A stretch of 64,000 nt of DNA from Nostoc sp. (GTDB lineage Bacteria; Cyanobacteriota; Cyanobacteriia; Cyanobacteriales; Nostocaceae), in NCBI GenBank assembly GCA_036918135.1, contig JBALDB010000005.1, positions 96,001 through 160,000 on the forward strand. The letters run 5' to 3'. Shown here piece by piece: positions 33,101 to 42,699 of this stretch (its first letter is position 1; each line of letters opens with the position of its first letter). Under the pieces are notes generated by a model that did not search any database, had not been told where the DNA came from, and was given only the letters and a program-made list of their open reading frames with translations. The position numbers and the translations under genes are program-made.

Positions 33101-34291
33101 ATGAAAGCGCGATTTCTAGAAAAAAAGCAGATTTTTTGGCGTTTGTGTGTTACGTTTTGCTCTATTTTTTGCCTTTGTCTGGCTTTAATTCCAGTACAGG
33201 CATTTACACAGTCTATTGATAACTTGCGTCAACAACAGCAACAAATGAACCAGCAGCATCAGAGTGTAGTTAACGAACGCGATCGCTTAACAAATCTCCA
33301 ACAAGAGGCGCAAAAACACTTGACTGGTTTACAAGAAAATCTGCAAACTACAGATAGCTATATTCAACAGAGCGAATCGCGATTACAACAAGCTACCCAA
33401 CGCCTCCAGCAGTTGGAAACTGATTTAGCTCTAGCCCAACGTGACTATGAGGAGCGTCAAATAGCAACAGTAGCACGATTGCGTTATCTCCAGCGATCGC
33501 CAGCTAGTCAGGGATGGGCAGTTTTGCTCCAAAGTCAAAATATCAGCGACTTTATCACCCGGCGTCATCAGTTAAAGTTAGTTTATCAAGCAGACCAGCA
33601 AATTTTACGAAAACTCAACGACCAAGCAAACTCGATAAATCAGCAAAAAACAGAAGTAGAACAGCAAAAAAACGAAATTGCTTTGATTCGCGAACAGCTA
33701 CTTGCCCAAAAAGCCGATTATCAAACCCAGGCGCAATCACAATCAGAATTGATTCAACGCCTTAATAGCGATCGCCTCGCCTTGGAAGCAGCCCAAAATC
33801 AGCTAGAAAGAGAATCCAAAAATTTGGAAGTTTTGATTCAGCAAAAGGTAGCAGAAGCGGCGGCGCAAGCAAAAACCAACAGTCGCACAAGCATTATTAT
33901 TCAGGGAACTGGGATGCTAGCTTATCCTAGCGATGCTCCTACTAGCAGTCCCTTTGGCTGGCGGATGCACCCGATTCTCGGCTATCGTCGCTTTCACGCA
34001 GGTTTAGATTTTGCTGCTAGCTATGGTAGTACAATTCGGGCAGCCGATTCTGGAACAGTGATTTTTGCTGGGTGGTATGGTGGTTATGGCAAAGCTGTAA
34101 TTATTAACCACGGCAAAGGCATTACTACACTGTACGGACATACCAGCGAGTTATATGTTACCGAGGGACAAGCAGTAGAACGAGGACAAGCGATCGCTGC
34201 TGTAGGTTCCACGGGTTTATCGACTGGGCCTCATCTCCACTTTGAAGTGCGGCGCAATGGTTCACCCGTTAACCCTGCCGATTATCTTTAA
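33101..34291 (+). CDS. M23-family peptidase with coiled coil (EnvC/murein hydrolase activator-like)
   Basis: Signal peptide, long Q-rich coiled coil, HAGLD and GPHLHFEVR motifs. Confidence 0.92.
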   Translation: MKARFLEKKQIFWRLCVTFCSIFCLCLALIPVQAFTQSIDNLRQQQQQMNQQHQSVVNERDRLTNLQQEAQKHLTGLQENLQTTDSYIQQSESRLQQATQRLQQLETDLALAQRDYEERQIATVARLRYLQRSPASQGWAVLLQSQNISDFITRRHQLKLVYQADQQILRKLNDQANSINQQKTEVEQQKNEIALIREQLLAQKADYQTQAQSQSELIQRLNSDRLALEAAQNQLERESKNLEVLIQQKVAEAAAQAKTNSRTSIIIQGTGMLAYPSDAPTSSPFGWRMHPILGYRRFHAGLDFAASYGSTIRAADSGTVIFAGWYGGYGKAVIINHGKGITTLYGHTSELYVTEGQAVERGQAIAAVGSTGLSTGPHLHFEVRRNGSPVNPADYL

Positions 34292-34349
34292 GCGATCGCC
34301 AATTTGGCTGCAAATGCGATCGCAAGCGTGCTATAATATTAGAGAATAA

Positions 34350-34422
34350 GGGCGCGTGGCTCAGTGGATAGAGCAACAGATTCCGGTTCTGTGGGTCGGG
34401 GGTTCAAATCCCTCCGCGCTCG
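34350..34422 (+). tRNA. tRNA-Arg(CCG)
   Basis: Acceptor GGGCGCG/CGCGCTC, anticodon arm ACAGA-TTCCGGT-TCTGT, T-loop GGTTCAAATCC. Confidence 0.97.
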
Positions 34423-34430
34423 TTAGTTAT

Positions 34431-34510
34431 TGTCGATTGCCAAATTATTTGTCCGCGTTGACAGATTAATGTCTGTGTGCCAAATTATTGTCCGCGCTGA
34501 TAAATTGTAT
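34431..34510 (+). repeat. CAST tRNA-proximal (left) end with TnsB-binding repeats
   Basis: TGT terminus, then ttgccaaattatttgtcc, ttgacagattaatgtct, gtgccaaattattgtcc. Confidence 0.85.
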
Positions 34511-34524
34511 ATCATTACAACACC

Positions 34525-34562
34525 CTGCCATACATACAGTATGGCAGAACTCTTCTTTTTTT
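34525..34562 (+). terminator. Hairpin plus U-tract inside the CAST end
   Basis: ctgccatac-ataca-gtatggcag followed by tcttctttttt. Confidence 0.5.
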
Positions 34563-34617
34563 ATAGGGTAATTAATCAGTTTCAATATTAGAGCTAAAAT
34601 CAAGCTCTTCAAACAAA

Positions 34618-34648
34618 GAATCTGTTGCTCTATCCTTTCAACCCACCT
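34618..34648 (-). CRISPR. Delocalized homing crRNA unit (14-nt partial repeat + 17-nt tRNA-Arg spacer)
   Basis: Minus strand AGGTGGGTTGAAAG-GATAGAGCAACAGATTC; spacer identical to 34367-34383, which follows a GTG PAM. Confidence 0.93.
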
Positions 34649-34743
34649 AAAAAGTGTTTGCTATGAACACTGGAAAAATTCTGAAACTCAATAAAGCTTT
34701 TAATGTACTAGGACATATCCATTGACAGCGAAAGTCGTAGCGA

Positions 34744-34925
34744 CTTTCAACCCGCCTCTCGCTGGGAGGGGTGTTGAAACTTCCTAAATAGTATGCCAAC
34801 CTTAATTTAGAGTAATCTTTCAACCCACCTCTGGCTGGGAGGGGTGTTGAAACGCAACGCCCTGCGTCAATTATTTACTGATAATACTCTTTCAACCCAC
34901 CTCTCACTGGGAGGGGTGTTGAAAC
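34744..34925 (-). CRISPR. Type V-K CRISPR array: 3 x 37-bp repeats, 2 complete spacers
   Basis: Repeats GTTTCAACACCCCTCCCAG...GAGG(T/C)GGGTTGAAAG at 34744-34780, 34817-34853, 34889-34925; spacers of 36 and 35 bp. Confidence 0.95.
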
Positions 34926-36477
34926 CACCCTCGAAAAGGAGGCTGATGACAGAAGCAAGCGTTTGAGCTATTTGGCGCTGGTGAGATAAAAAATGCTTTT
35001 GCTTTTGCTGTCGATTTAGCAGTTTGTAATTATCACCCAGTAGTTGTCTGATGCTGCGATAGGTAATTACTTGACCTGTAATGCCGTCTACTACCGCTAG
35101 CGTTGCAGGCTTTTCTAAGCCGAGACTAATACTAACAAGAATATGAGATTGTCCTTTATATAAAGGTTTAGTGGGGCGAGGAAAAGGGTTATTAATTGTG
35201 TCTAAAGTAGAGTTTTTGCGTTTTATATGGGCTTGTTGTTTTTCATTAAGCTTGCCTTTGGCTTTTGTATTGGTGATAATTTGAGCGATTTTTTCGGCTT
35301 TTTCTTTCCTTACTTGATTGGTTCCTTCAATCGTCCATAGGCGGGTATCTACAGAACAGTAGAGGGTTAAGCGATTAACATTCCAAGGATCGCCTTTGCC
35401 TTCCTCTTCTTGCCAAGCAATACGCCCACTACGCAGGGTGAACAGGCTACTAAAGTGCTGATTTTTACTATTTTTCTTAATTTGTTGATCTTCTAGGAAG
35501 CGTTGAAACCAGTGAAGTTGGCGAGAATCACAATAAACTTGAAAGCTATGCTCACTCAAACCATTGAATTTTACACAGATGCGCCCAAACTGGTTTTTAA
35601 ACCAAGTCATGTCTTCGTTGGTTTCGTAAGCTACTGGGAAAGGTACTTTGCTAGATTGCCTTAAAAGGCTGTCTTGCCAAGATTTTGCCTCGGACTCATT
35701 TGTTGGAACGTTGTGAGTGGCAACAACAATAGTTTCTAACCATTTGGCATCGGTTAAATCTCTACCTTTGGGAATTCGTGTTTCTAGCTGTTCTCTAAGG
35801 CGTTCAATCTGAATTTCAAGTTGACGGCGACGTTGAGCAAATTTTTTAGCGTCTTCCTCTTTATCGTTGATTTTGCAACCATTTTTGAGTAAATAGCTGA
35901 TGGCACAACGAGTCAAGTTATCTTCTGTCTTGCGATAGGACTCAAATAAGTTCTTTGATAAACTGTTGCTACCTAAATTTTGAGCTTTCTTACGCTTTTT
36001 AGCCTTTTTCCCATTCGTTGATTGAGTTTCAGCAGTATTGAGAGGAGCAAATTGAACCAAAATTTCAGCAGCTTTAGTACGAAGACTATCTAAGCTGACA
36101 CCACTACTTTCTACCAATTCAACATCACTTTTGAGCATTTCCGACCAGCGAATTTTGCCTTCTAGTTGGTACTGCGATCGCTTCATCAGGGCAAACCATG
36201 ATTTATATACGTGGTTCACCAATGCGATCGCACTCGTATAAAATCGTCCAGGCTGACCAATGAACTGAGGATCAGTTTTCAAAGGTTGGCAGAGTTCTTT
36301 GACAATACTAGTGGGGTGTTTGCCCTTTTGTCGCCAAGTTTCAAACTCTGGGTGTTGACTTACCTGACGTAGTAGTTCATTAATCAGTGGCGTATTAAGC
36401 TCTGCCATCAACTTCCATAGTTGCTGGCGTGATGACTCTGAGGCTACAAAGCGACACTGAATAGTGATTTGGCTCAT
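34867..36477 (-). pseudogene. cas12k: Cas12k (C2c5), C-terminally truncated and read into the CRISPR array
   Basis: MSQITIQCRF..LMAELNTPLINELL and SLGLEKPATLAVVD motifs; similarity stops near QTLAS (~34951), and the last ~26 aa derive from the array and the 25 nt beside it. Confidence 0.9.
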
Positions 36478-36545
36478 CGGTGTAAAACAATACTGTTTAA
36501 TAATAACATAATTGTATTAAATAAGTCTTCTGTAAAATAAATTGT

Positions 36546-36935
36546 ATGCAGGAGACATTTTTTACAAGCAAGGAAGCTGCTGAAATCACAGGCTGCACCC
36601 TCCGTCAGCTACAGTATTGGCGAGAGAGGGGGGTGATTGTTCCTGTAATCAGTGAGACTGGGACAGGACGTAGTATTTATTACTCAAAGTCTAATTTGCT
36701 GGAACTGGCTGCAATGTCATATTGGCTATCTGTGGGGTTAAGTTTTGACATAGCCAGTACCACGCTGAAAAAGCTGAAAGATCAAGAGCCGGAGTTATTT
36801 ATTTCAGGTAAAGGTAAGCGGTTTATGTTGTTGTCCCAAGCGCAGGAGCGTTCGCTTGAGCTTGTGGAGTTTGACAGAAAAAAGGCGATAAACCTATGTT
36901 CCAACTCTCTTAAAGTCAGACAAGCCTCTTTCTGA
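36546..36935 (+). pseudogene. cvkR: MerR-type CAST regulator CvkR, C-terminus replaced by antisense tnsB sequence
   Basis: FTSKEAAEITGCTLRQLQYWRERG MerR HTH, divergent from cas12k; junction near 36889. Confidence 0.8.
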
Positions 36936-37933
36936 GCTTGCTCTGGACGTTCCTGCACATTTGATCCTGTGTATCCCGGCAAAGTAGAAAAAAAGTCGGT
37001 ATTAAAAGTGCCAAAAGGACGCTCAACAATACCACCTTCACTCGGGCGATCGCGTAAATGACAAACAAATCCCAATTGCACACCTATCTGTTGCAAATGG
37101 TTTGAGCGAAAATCTTTACCGCCATCGGTATAAAAATATTCTGGTTTACCGTAGGTTCCCCATTCTTCATGGAGTCCATATTCTGACCCATACTGCTTTG
37201 GCAAAATTGCATGGCGCAGTGCTAATGCTACTACCTGAGAACTCGGAGCATCAAAACCTAAGTTTATCCCCATGATGCAACGGGAGTAAGTATCGACAAC
37301 TGTTGTCAGCCAAGGACGATCCAAAAGTTCACCATGCTGATCTACCAGCAATAGGTCTACACGAGTATGGTCACACTGCCAAACATGGTTGCTATATTCT
37401 ACTGATAAGTCTTTGCCATCGCGGGTTTTAACTGATAATCGAGAACCATGCCAACCTCGACTTCTAACACCTGCTTTTTGTTCTTGCTGCTCAGTAACTA
37501 ATTGTATAAATTAATACACATTTCTATAGCTGGGATATTTTTTTTGTCCTAATTCATCTGCCCTTGCTTGTACTCTAATTGCCACTTGTTGGGGAGTAAT
37601 TCGCTTACTACCTTTATTGCCTTCCTTATAAGTTTTGATGATGAACTGTTGCCAATCAGTGTCTATTCGATGTTTGCCTTTGTCAGCCCGTGCTGTAGTT
37701 TGAAGTGCGGCTAAACCTGACTCTTCCCATTTTTTTAACAGTCGCCGTACCGTTCGCACAGACTTGCCTAGTTTGGCTGCGACCTCCCTTTGTCTTTCTC
37801 CATAAGTGATGCGATCGCATGGTTCTAGTAATTGCTCAATCATATCCAGCAAATGCCTATCATCTGCTGAGAGTTCCGTCACAATCTTATCCTTTTCTGC
37901 CTCTTGATCGCTATTGGTATGATCGTCCAGCAT
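36890..37933 (-). pseudogene. tnsB: TnsB (Mu-like DDE transposase) with premature stop and 3' deletion
   Basis: WQCDHT, YTDGGKDF, GGIVERPF DDE motifs; in-frame TAA at 37511-37513; sequence ends after ACLTLRELEHRF. Confidence 0.9.
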
Positions 37934-37982
37934 TTTTACATAATTGTTTAATACAAACGTAGTTGTATTGTACTGTTTAAAA

Positions 37983-38206
37983 AACATTTATTTTGTCAAT
38001 TTTTATAAGAATGTAGGCTCACAGCGTTTTTGAAGAAAGGACAGATATTTTGTCAAAATTCCAAAAGAGGACAGGTATTTTGGCAATAAGCCTCTAGTAG
38101 CCTATTTTCAGCCTAAAATAGTAAAACCCTTACCAAGTAAGGGTTTGAAGCTAAATATTTTAAGGACATTAATTTGTCAAGTGGTTATTTAGTTTGGCAA
38201 TCGACA
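37983..38206 (-). repeat. CAST tnsB-proximal (right) end with about 5 TnsB-binding repeats
   Basis: acatttattttgtcaa, ggacagatattttgtcaa, ggacaggtattttggcaa, ggacattaatttgtcaa and terminal ttggcaatcgaca. Confidence 0.85.
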
Positions 38207-38340
38207 GTTATAGAAAACTTAATATAAAAATGAAAGGTGATTTTCTCTCATTGATTATCCCTAATATTTGTTTAGTACGATGTAGGTATTTTTGAATATA
38301 ATTAAGTGGATTTTTCATTTTGGTAGACGGTTAAAATTCC

Positions 38341-38787
38341 CTTTTATATCAAGTTCGGCTAATTACTTACAATATGTTGGTGTTGCTGGTAATTGGTAAT
38401 AGGTCATTGGGAATTGGGGAAGAGGGAAGAGTTAAACTGTATTTTTATTCCCCATTACCCATTACCCATTCATGCTGAGCCCAGCCGAAGCATTACCGAC
38501 CCTCACAAATATCATAAGTATTCAACCGGACATGATATTACCATTTTTTGACACTAAGTTATACCAATTCAAAATTCAAAATTCATGCATTAAGAAAGCC
38601 AGACAGAACAAAGGTATGTCTGTATGTATCTGTCGCATTCTTTTTTCAAATTGGTGTTAATATTTCGGACAGGTCTAATGGGTAATGGGGAAGAAAAACA
38701 CAACTGTTCACCTCTTGCAATTACCTTTTTCCCAATTACCAAAAAGACCAACATATTGTCAGTAATTAGCCGAACTTGATATAAAAG
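38341..38787. mobile_element. Composite MITE-like structure: one complete copy (38346-38538) plus an inverted partial copy
   Basis: 41-bp inverted repeat 38341-38381 / 38747-38787 with one mismatch; internal GGTAAT-type short repeats. Confidence 0.65.
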
Positions 38788-38799
38788 CATAAAGTCGAG

Positions 38800-41235
38800 C
38801 TAACGTGGCACTGACCACGATCGCACTTGGCCTAGCGTAACTGGCATAATATTGGCAACGTCAATGGTGAATCGATATATTTTTTTAGCGCGATGGCTGT
38901 TTTCTGAGTCGAAAAACCTCAGCTTCACATCCCAGCAATTACTATTAAGGCGACAGAAGGGACTTTTTTCAACTTCGATGCTCTCTAGTTCCATACCGCT
39001 CCCAATCGCTGACTCAAACGTAGAAGCGGCTTGAAAGGCGTTGGTGGCGGCAAAATTGAGGGCGCGATCGCGGTCTAGCTGTCCTAAGTTGCGGAGGTCG
39101 TAGTAAATGCGATGCAAGAAACTCTTGAGGGAACGCCGCATTCTCACGTCGTTACCAGATTCGCTAGTTTCACTGCTGGCGGTGGCAACAGCTACTTCCA
39201 CAAGAAAGTTGACTTGCCAACCGTACATCCCTCGAACGTTTGGCAATGTAAGCACAGGAACAACTTGACCCGAAAAGAGTTCGACTGTGCGATCGGTAAG
39301 AGTGCCGGGAATGCTAACTCGCTCGATATAATCATCGCTGGATTCAGGCTGAATCTGCCCAGCTAACATCATCGCAAAGACGGCATATATTTCACTGGCA
39401 TAAGCCTTTTGGGGTTCTAGCGCGTAAATGGGGGTGAGTTCCTGATTCAACGTCCAAATCAGAGATTTACCTTCAGTGGGGCTTAACTCCAAGTGATTAA
39501 CCATTTGGCGGGCATCGTAGGGATTAGCGGGAATTAATACCCCATCCATGCTGACCGCAGGCATCCGTTGTTTGAAGGTGTCGCGGCGGGCTTCGGTGCC
39601 AAAATTGTAGCCTAATGTACCAAGGGCATAGACTTTGTTGGAGACGGCACTAGGAGTAATAGTAGAGGGGGAAAGGGAAGCAGGGGAGGCAGGGGGAATG
39701 TCTGCAAGTGTGGCTGAGGCGCTAATCACTTGAGTGGGTGCAGAACTGTTAATCTCGCTTTTGGGAGTAATAATGGAGGGGGGAATGTCTGCAAGTGTGG
39801 CTGAGGCGGTAATCACTTGAGTGGGTGCAGAACTGTTAATCTCGCTCTTGGGTTGAGAAAATGTCACCGCAGATTCGGAACTATCTGGCAAAGAGTTGTT
39901 GATGGGTGGCAAAATGATTTGTGGATGGACAGCAGCGATCGCTTGAATGCTGGGTAAAGGTTGCCCAGTTAGTAACTGATAAGCCCCCGGAATATTCAAT
40001 TTCCCGGCTAAACAGCGTTCTGGTTCTTCAACTTCTTTCGGATCGCAGGGAATGGCGCTGTTGAGTAAAGCTGTCCACACGGCTTCAGCGCTGGGTTGTT
40101 CGCCGCGTTGCAATTGCAGACTCATTAACAACGCAGAGATACCTGTGATTAGAGGAGCAGATAAACTGGTGCCTTCCTGACGAGCGGGTTCATCAGTGCC
40201 GGGTTGCGCCGCCACGATGTTTTCGCCGGGTGCGAGGATGCCTTGTTGCTGGTACTGTCCACCCCAATTACTGTAGTTTGCAGGTTGCCCATCGTCTTTC
40301 ATCATGCCCACTGCTAAAACGTTGGGTAGAATAGCAGGGACACAAAAGCATTCGCCTTTGTTATTACCACTGGGAGCGACAATGAGAATATTATTGTCTT
40401 GGCACTGTTTTACTGCTTTCTGGATCATTTCGTGGGCAAATCCGGTTTCAGTAGGATGACAGGCAGCACAGTGGATAATATTTACGCCCAGTTTAAATGC
40501 CAGGTTAAATGCGTGAGCTAGGTTGAGCGGAGAGAGTGCTTCATCGGCAGTTGCGGTTTCAAATAAGGGGATATTGATGGCGGTGCAGTAGGGAGCCACT
40601 CCCTCAACGGGGGAACCGGGTTGCCCAAACATCGTGCCAAAAATGCCTGTGGCATGGAAGACACCAGTCAGACGCTCTCGCACTGATTCGGGAATTGTAT
40701 CTTCTAGCGCTTTAATCTCTGCCTCTAATGCTTCAATTGCGTCGGTATAGTTAGTATTTGAGGGAATTTCTGGTTTCAATATTTTTTGCGTTTTGGAGGC
40801 ACTTAACTGGCGAAATTGTTCCAGTAGTGGTGTATCTGTGCTTTCTAACAATGCATTGAAGACAGTAGCTTTGCTGTACCATTGCCCATTATGCAACGCC
40901 GTAACCTGAGTCATGGGTTGAGCGATCGACTCAACGCTGTCATCGGATGATATTGCTGGATCTGTATTTTGACTTGACTGCTCTTTCCTAGCTTTTTTGA
41001 GGGCTTTCTTCTTATCCTGCAACACCTTAATTTTGAGTTCCTGTTGTATGTAGATTGGATCGATCGCCTCTAAGTCACTTTGCCAATAGGGCTTAATGCG
41101 ACTTATATTAGCACCGCGAAAGCAAGCCCGCTCCAGATCCGCAGGGCCATCAAGGACGGCAATTTTGATCCGAGAATCACCGAGGGTAAGAGCTTGTAAG
41201 GCAGCAAAACCAGGAATGGTATTAAGGTCAGGCAT
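38800..41235 (-). CDS. patG: Cyanobactin macrocyclase, PatG-like S8 protease + C-terminal PatA/G domain, no fused oxidase
   Basis: Triad VLDGPAD (D29), FHATG (H194), GTSLSAP; KPYW insertion start; VYALGTLGY..EARRDTF..DRALNFAATNAFQA C-domain. Confidence 0.9.
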   Translation of the reverse strand: MPDLNTIPGFAALQALTLGDSRIKIAVLDGPADLERACFRGANISRIKPYWQSDLEAIDPIYIQQELKIKVLQDKKKALKKARKEQSSQNTDPAISSDDSVESIAQPMTQVTALHNGQWYSKATVFNALLESTDTPLLEQFRQLSASKTQKILKPEIPSNTNYTDAIEALEAEIKALEDTIPESVRERLTGVFHATGIFGTMFGQPGSPVEGVAPYCTAINIPLFETATADEALSPLNLAHAFNLAFKLGVNIIHCAACHPTETGFAHEMIQKAVKQCQDNNILIVAPSGNNKGECFCVPAILPNVLAVGMMKDDGQPANYSNWGGQYQQQGILAPGENIVAAQPGTDEPARQEGTSLSAPLITGISALLMSLQLQRGEQPSAEAVWTALLNSAIPCDPKEVEEPERCLAGKLNIPGAYQLLTGQPLPSIQAIAAVHPQIILPPINNSLPDSSESAVTFSQPKSEINSSAPTQVITASATLADIPPSIITPKSEINSSAPTQVISASATLADIPPASPASLSPSTITPSAVSNKVYALGTLGYNFGTEARRDTFKQRMPAVSMDGVLIPANPYDARQMVNHLELSPTEGKSLIWTLNQELTPIYALEPQKAYASEIYAVFAMMLAGQIQPESSDDYIERVSIPGTLTDRTVELFSGQVVPVLTLPNVRGMYGWQVNFLVEVAVATASSETSESGNDVRMRRSLKSFLHRIYYDLRNLGQLDRDRALNFAATNAFQAASTFESAIGSGMELESIEVEKSPFCRLNSNCWDVKLRFFDSENSHRAKKIYRFTIDVANIMPVTLGQVRSWSVPR
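39692..39852. repeat. Tandem duplication with 87-bp period in the PatG linker
   Basis: PKSEINSSAPTQVI(T/S)ASATLADIPP occurs twice. Confidence 0.9.
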
Positions 41236-41288
41236 AGAAGTAATCGATTAAATGAAATATTATAAAATGGCTTAATCGGTAGAAACTT

Positions 41289-42698
41289 CTAAGAGGGATT
41301 GTCGTTTGTTTGCTTGAGCGAACCGAGACTAAACTCTCCCACAGAAGCCTCTTCGTACTCGTTGAGGTTGGCGATGAGACCGAACTGTTCGGAATTCCCC
41401 GCACCGATCGCACTGGGAGCTAACTTCATTGCAGTCGCAACCAGATAGAAGGTTTGATACAGCACCCCGATATGTTTCAAAATCAAACCATAACCAATGG
41501 CATGATACTTCCAGAACAATCGCCCAAATCGCGCTGTGACAATGAAAAGTACTTGGGGGATATCCTGTTGTCCAGTTGCTTTCCAAGCATCGTAAATCAA
41601 AACTTCAACCTCGTGATAGTCTGCAATCAGGTGCAACGTGTGAGACAACGGTTGATAGTGGTATAATCCGGAATTTAATCCCTGACAGCGATTGATGAGT
41701 GGATAAATCTCCAGTTCATATAACCCACCCCCGCAAGGATAGGGACGTTTAGTGAATTCTCCCATGTTCAGAGGATCGTCCTCAAGGTTGTAAACCTCTT
41801 TCACCCTGGCACAACGATAGAGAAACTCTGCCAATTGGTTAAGGGTTATCGGTAGGTCATCATATTCTCGAATCGATTGCCTTGCCTCGATCGCCTGCGT
41901 TAACGAACAATCTGTCTGGGCTAAAATTGCCAGATCCGGTTTCTCTAACGGAATCACTCGATCGCTCATCGGTGGTTTTACAACTCCCAATTGCTCGCGC
42001 TCCTCAAAGCGGGGAAGTTTCAATTTCCGCAGATCGTCTAATCGCTCTGAACGAGTTTGGCGATGAAACAGCAGATTATGAAATTCCCATTGAGCTAATG
42101 CTTTAGTTTCTGGTTCTAGCGGGATCATCTGGGTTGCAATCAGCAACTCCACGAACGATTGCCCTATCTCTGCATCAATCAGCGTTTCCACCAAATTTTC
42201 TAATCTAAATGGCGAATCGAATTGAGCCAGTTTCGCAATCAAGGCGCTAGCCCGCCAATCTAGCAGAACAATTTTTGCTTTGGATAAGGGAGATTCTAAA
42301 ACAAAGTTTTGGTTCTCTTGGTGCAGGAAGGCAAAGCGAGACAGAGTTACAGGCTGCTGTTGCCAATCAAAAACAGGAGAAATTAATTGATAATTTTCAG
42401 CGATCGGCACGGCGGTTGCCAAGGGTAAAACAGAATGACTTATCCAGCCGAGGTAAATCAGCTTTTGCAGATCGGTCTCAAAGTTTAAGCCGGCTTCGAC
42501 TCCATCAGCTTCTACAACCAGCGCAGTTAACTGAGCGATCGTCAGGGTGGAATGCAACAGCTGTTCTAGTGCGGTTCGCAAACCAGGCTTGGGATGCTCC
42601 AAAGTGAGACTTTCGGACGTGGATTGTAGCGTTAGCCGATCGCCTTCTAGGGTCAGGGAGATGTCGGGCCGGAAAGACAGGGTGAAGGATTCAGACAT
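41289..42698 (-). CDS. Stand-alone FMN-dependent azoline oxidase (ThcOx/SagB type)
   Basis: WEFHNLLFH, RQSIREY, RPYPCGGGLYELEIY and RLFWKY (Lys-Tyr) motifs. Confidence 0.9.
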   Translation of the reverse strand: MSESFTLSFRPDISLTLEGDRLTLQSTSESLTLEHPKPGLRTALEQLLHSTLTIAQLTALVVEADGVEAGLNFETDLQKLIYLGWISHSVLPLATAVPIAENYQLISPVFDWQQQPVTLSRFAFLHQENQNFVLESPLSKAKIVLLDWRASALIAKLAQFDSPFRLENLVETLIDAEIGQSFVELLIATQMIPLEPETKALAQWEFHNLLFHRQTRSERLDDLRKLKLPRFEEREQLGVVKPPMSDRVIPLEKPDLAILAQTDCSLTQAIEARQSIREYDDLPITLNQLAEFLYRCARVKEVYNLEDDPLNMGEFTKRPYPCGGGLYELEIYPLINRCQGLNSGLYHYQPLSHTLHLIADYHEVEVLIYDAWKATGQQDIPQVLFIVTARFGRLFWKYHAIGYGLILKHIGVLYQTFYLVATAMKLAPSAIGAGNSEQFGLIANLNEYEEASVGEFSLGSLKQTNDNPS

Positions 42699-42699
42699 G

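Larger units (their letters stand above)
34431..38206. mobile_element. Degraded type V-K CRISPR-associated transposon (CAST), non-autonomous
   Basis: Terminal inverted repeat tgtcgattgccaa...ttggcaatcgaca, flanking GTTAT duplication (34426-34430 and 38207-38211), cas12k, cvkR, tnsB and CRISPR remnants inside. Confidence 0.95.

Noticed and set aside
34867..36477. A novel compact, functional Cas12k
   Set aside because: The C-terminus is translated CRISPR repeat and spacer sequence; the rest of the RuvC region and the tracrRNA region are deleted.
36478..36545. CvkR operator in the cas12k/cvkR intergenic region
   Set aside because: Only imperfect AT-rich inverted repeats; no convincing match to the motif as I recall it.
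36782..37987. Two separate tnsB genes or a programmed frameshift
   Set aside because: Both ORFs are in the same frame, separated by one TAA (37511-37513): a nonsense mutation.
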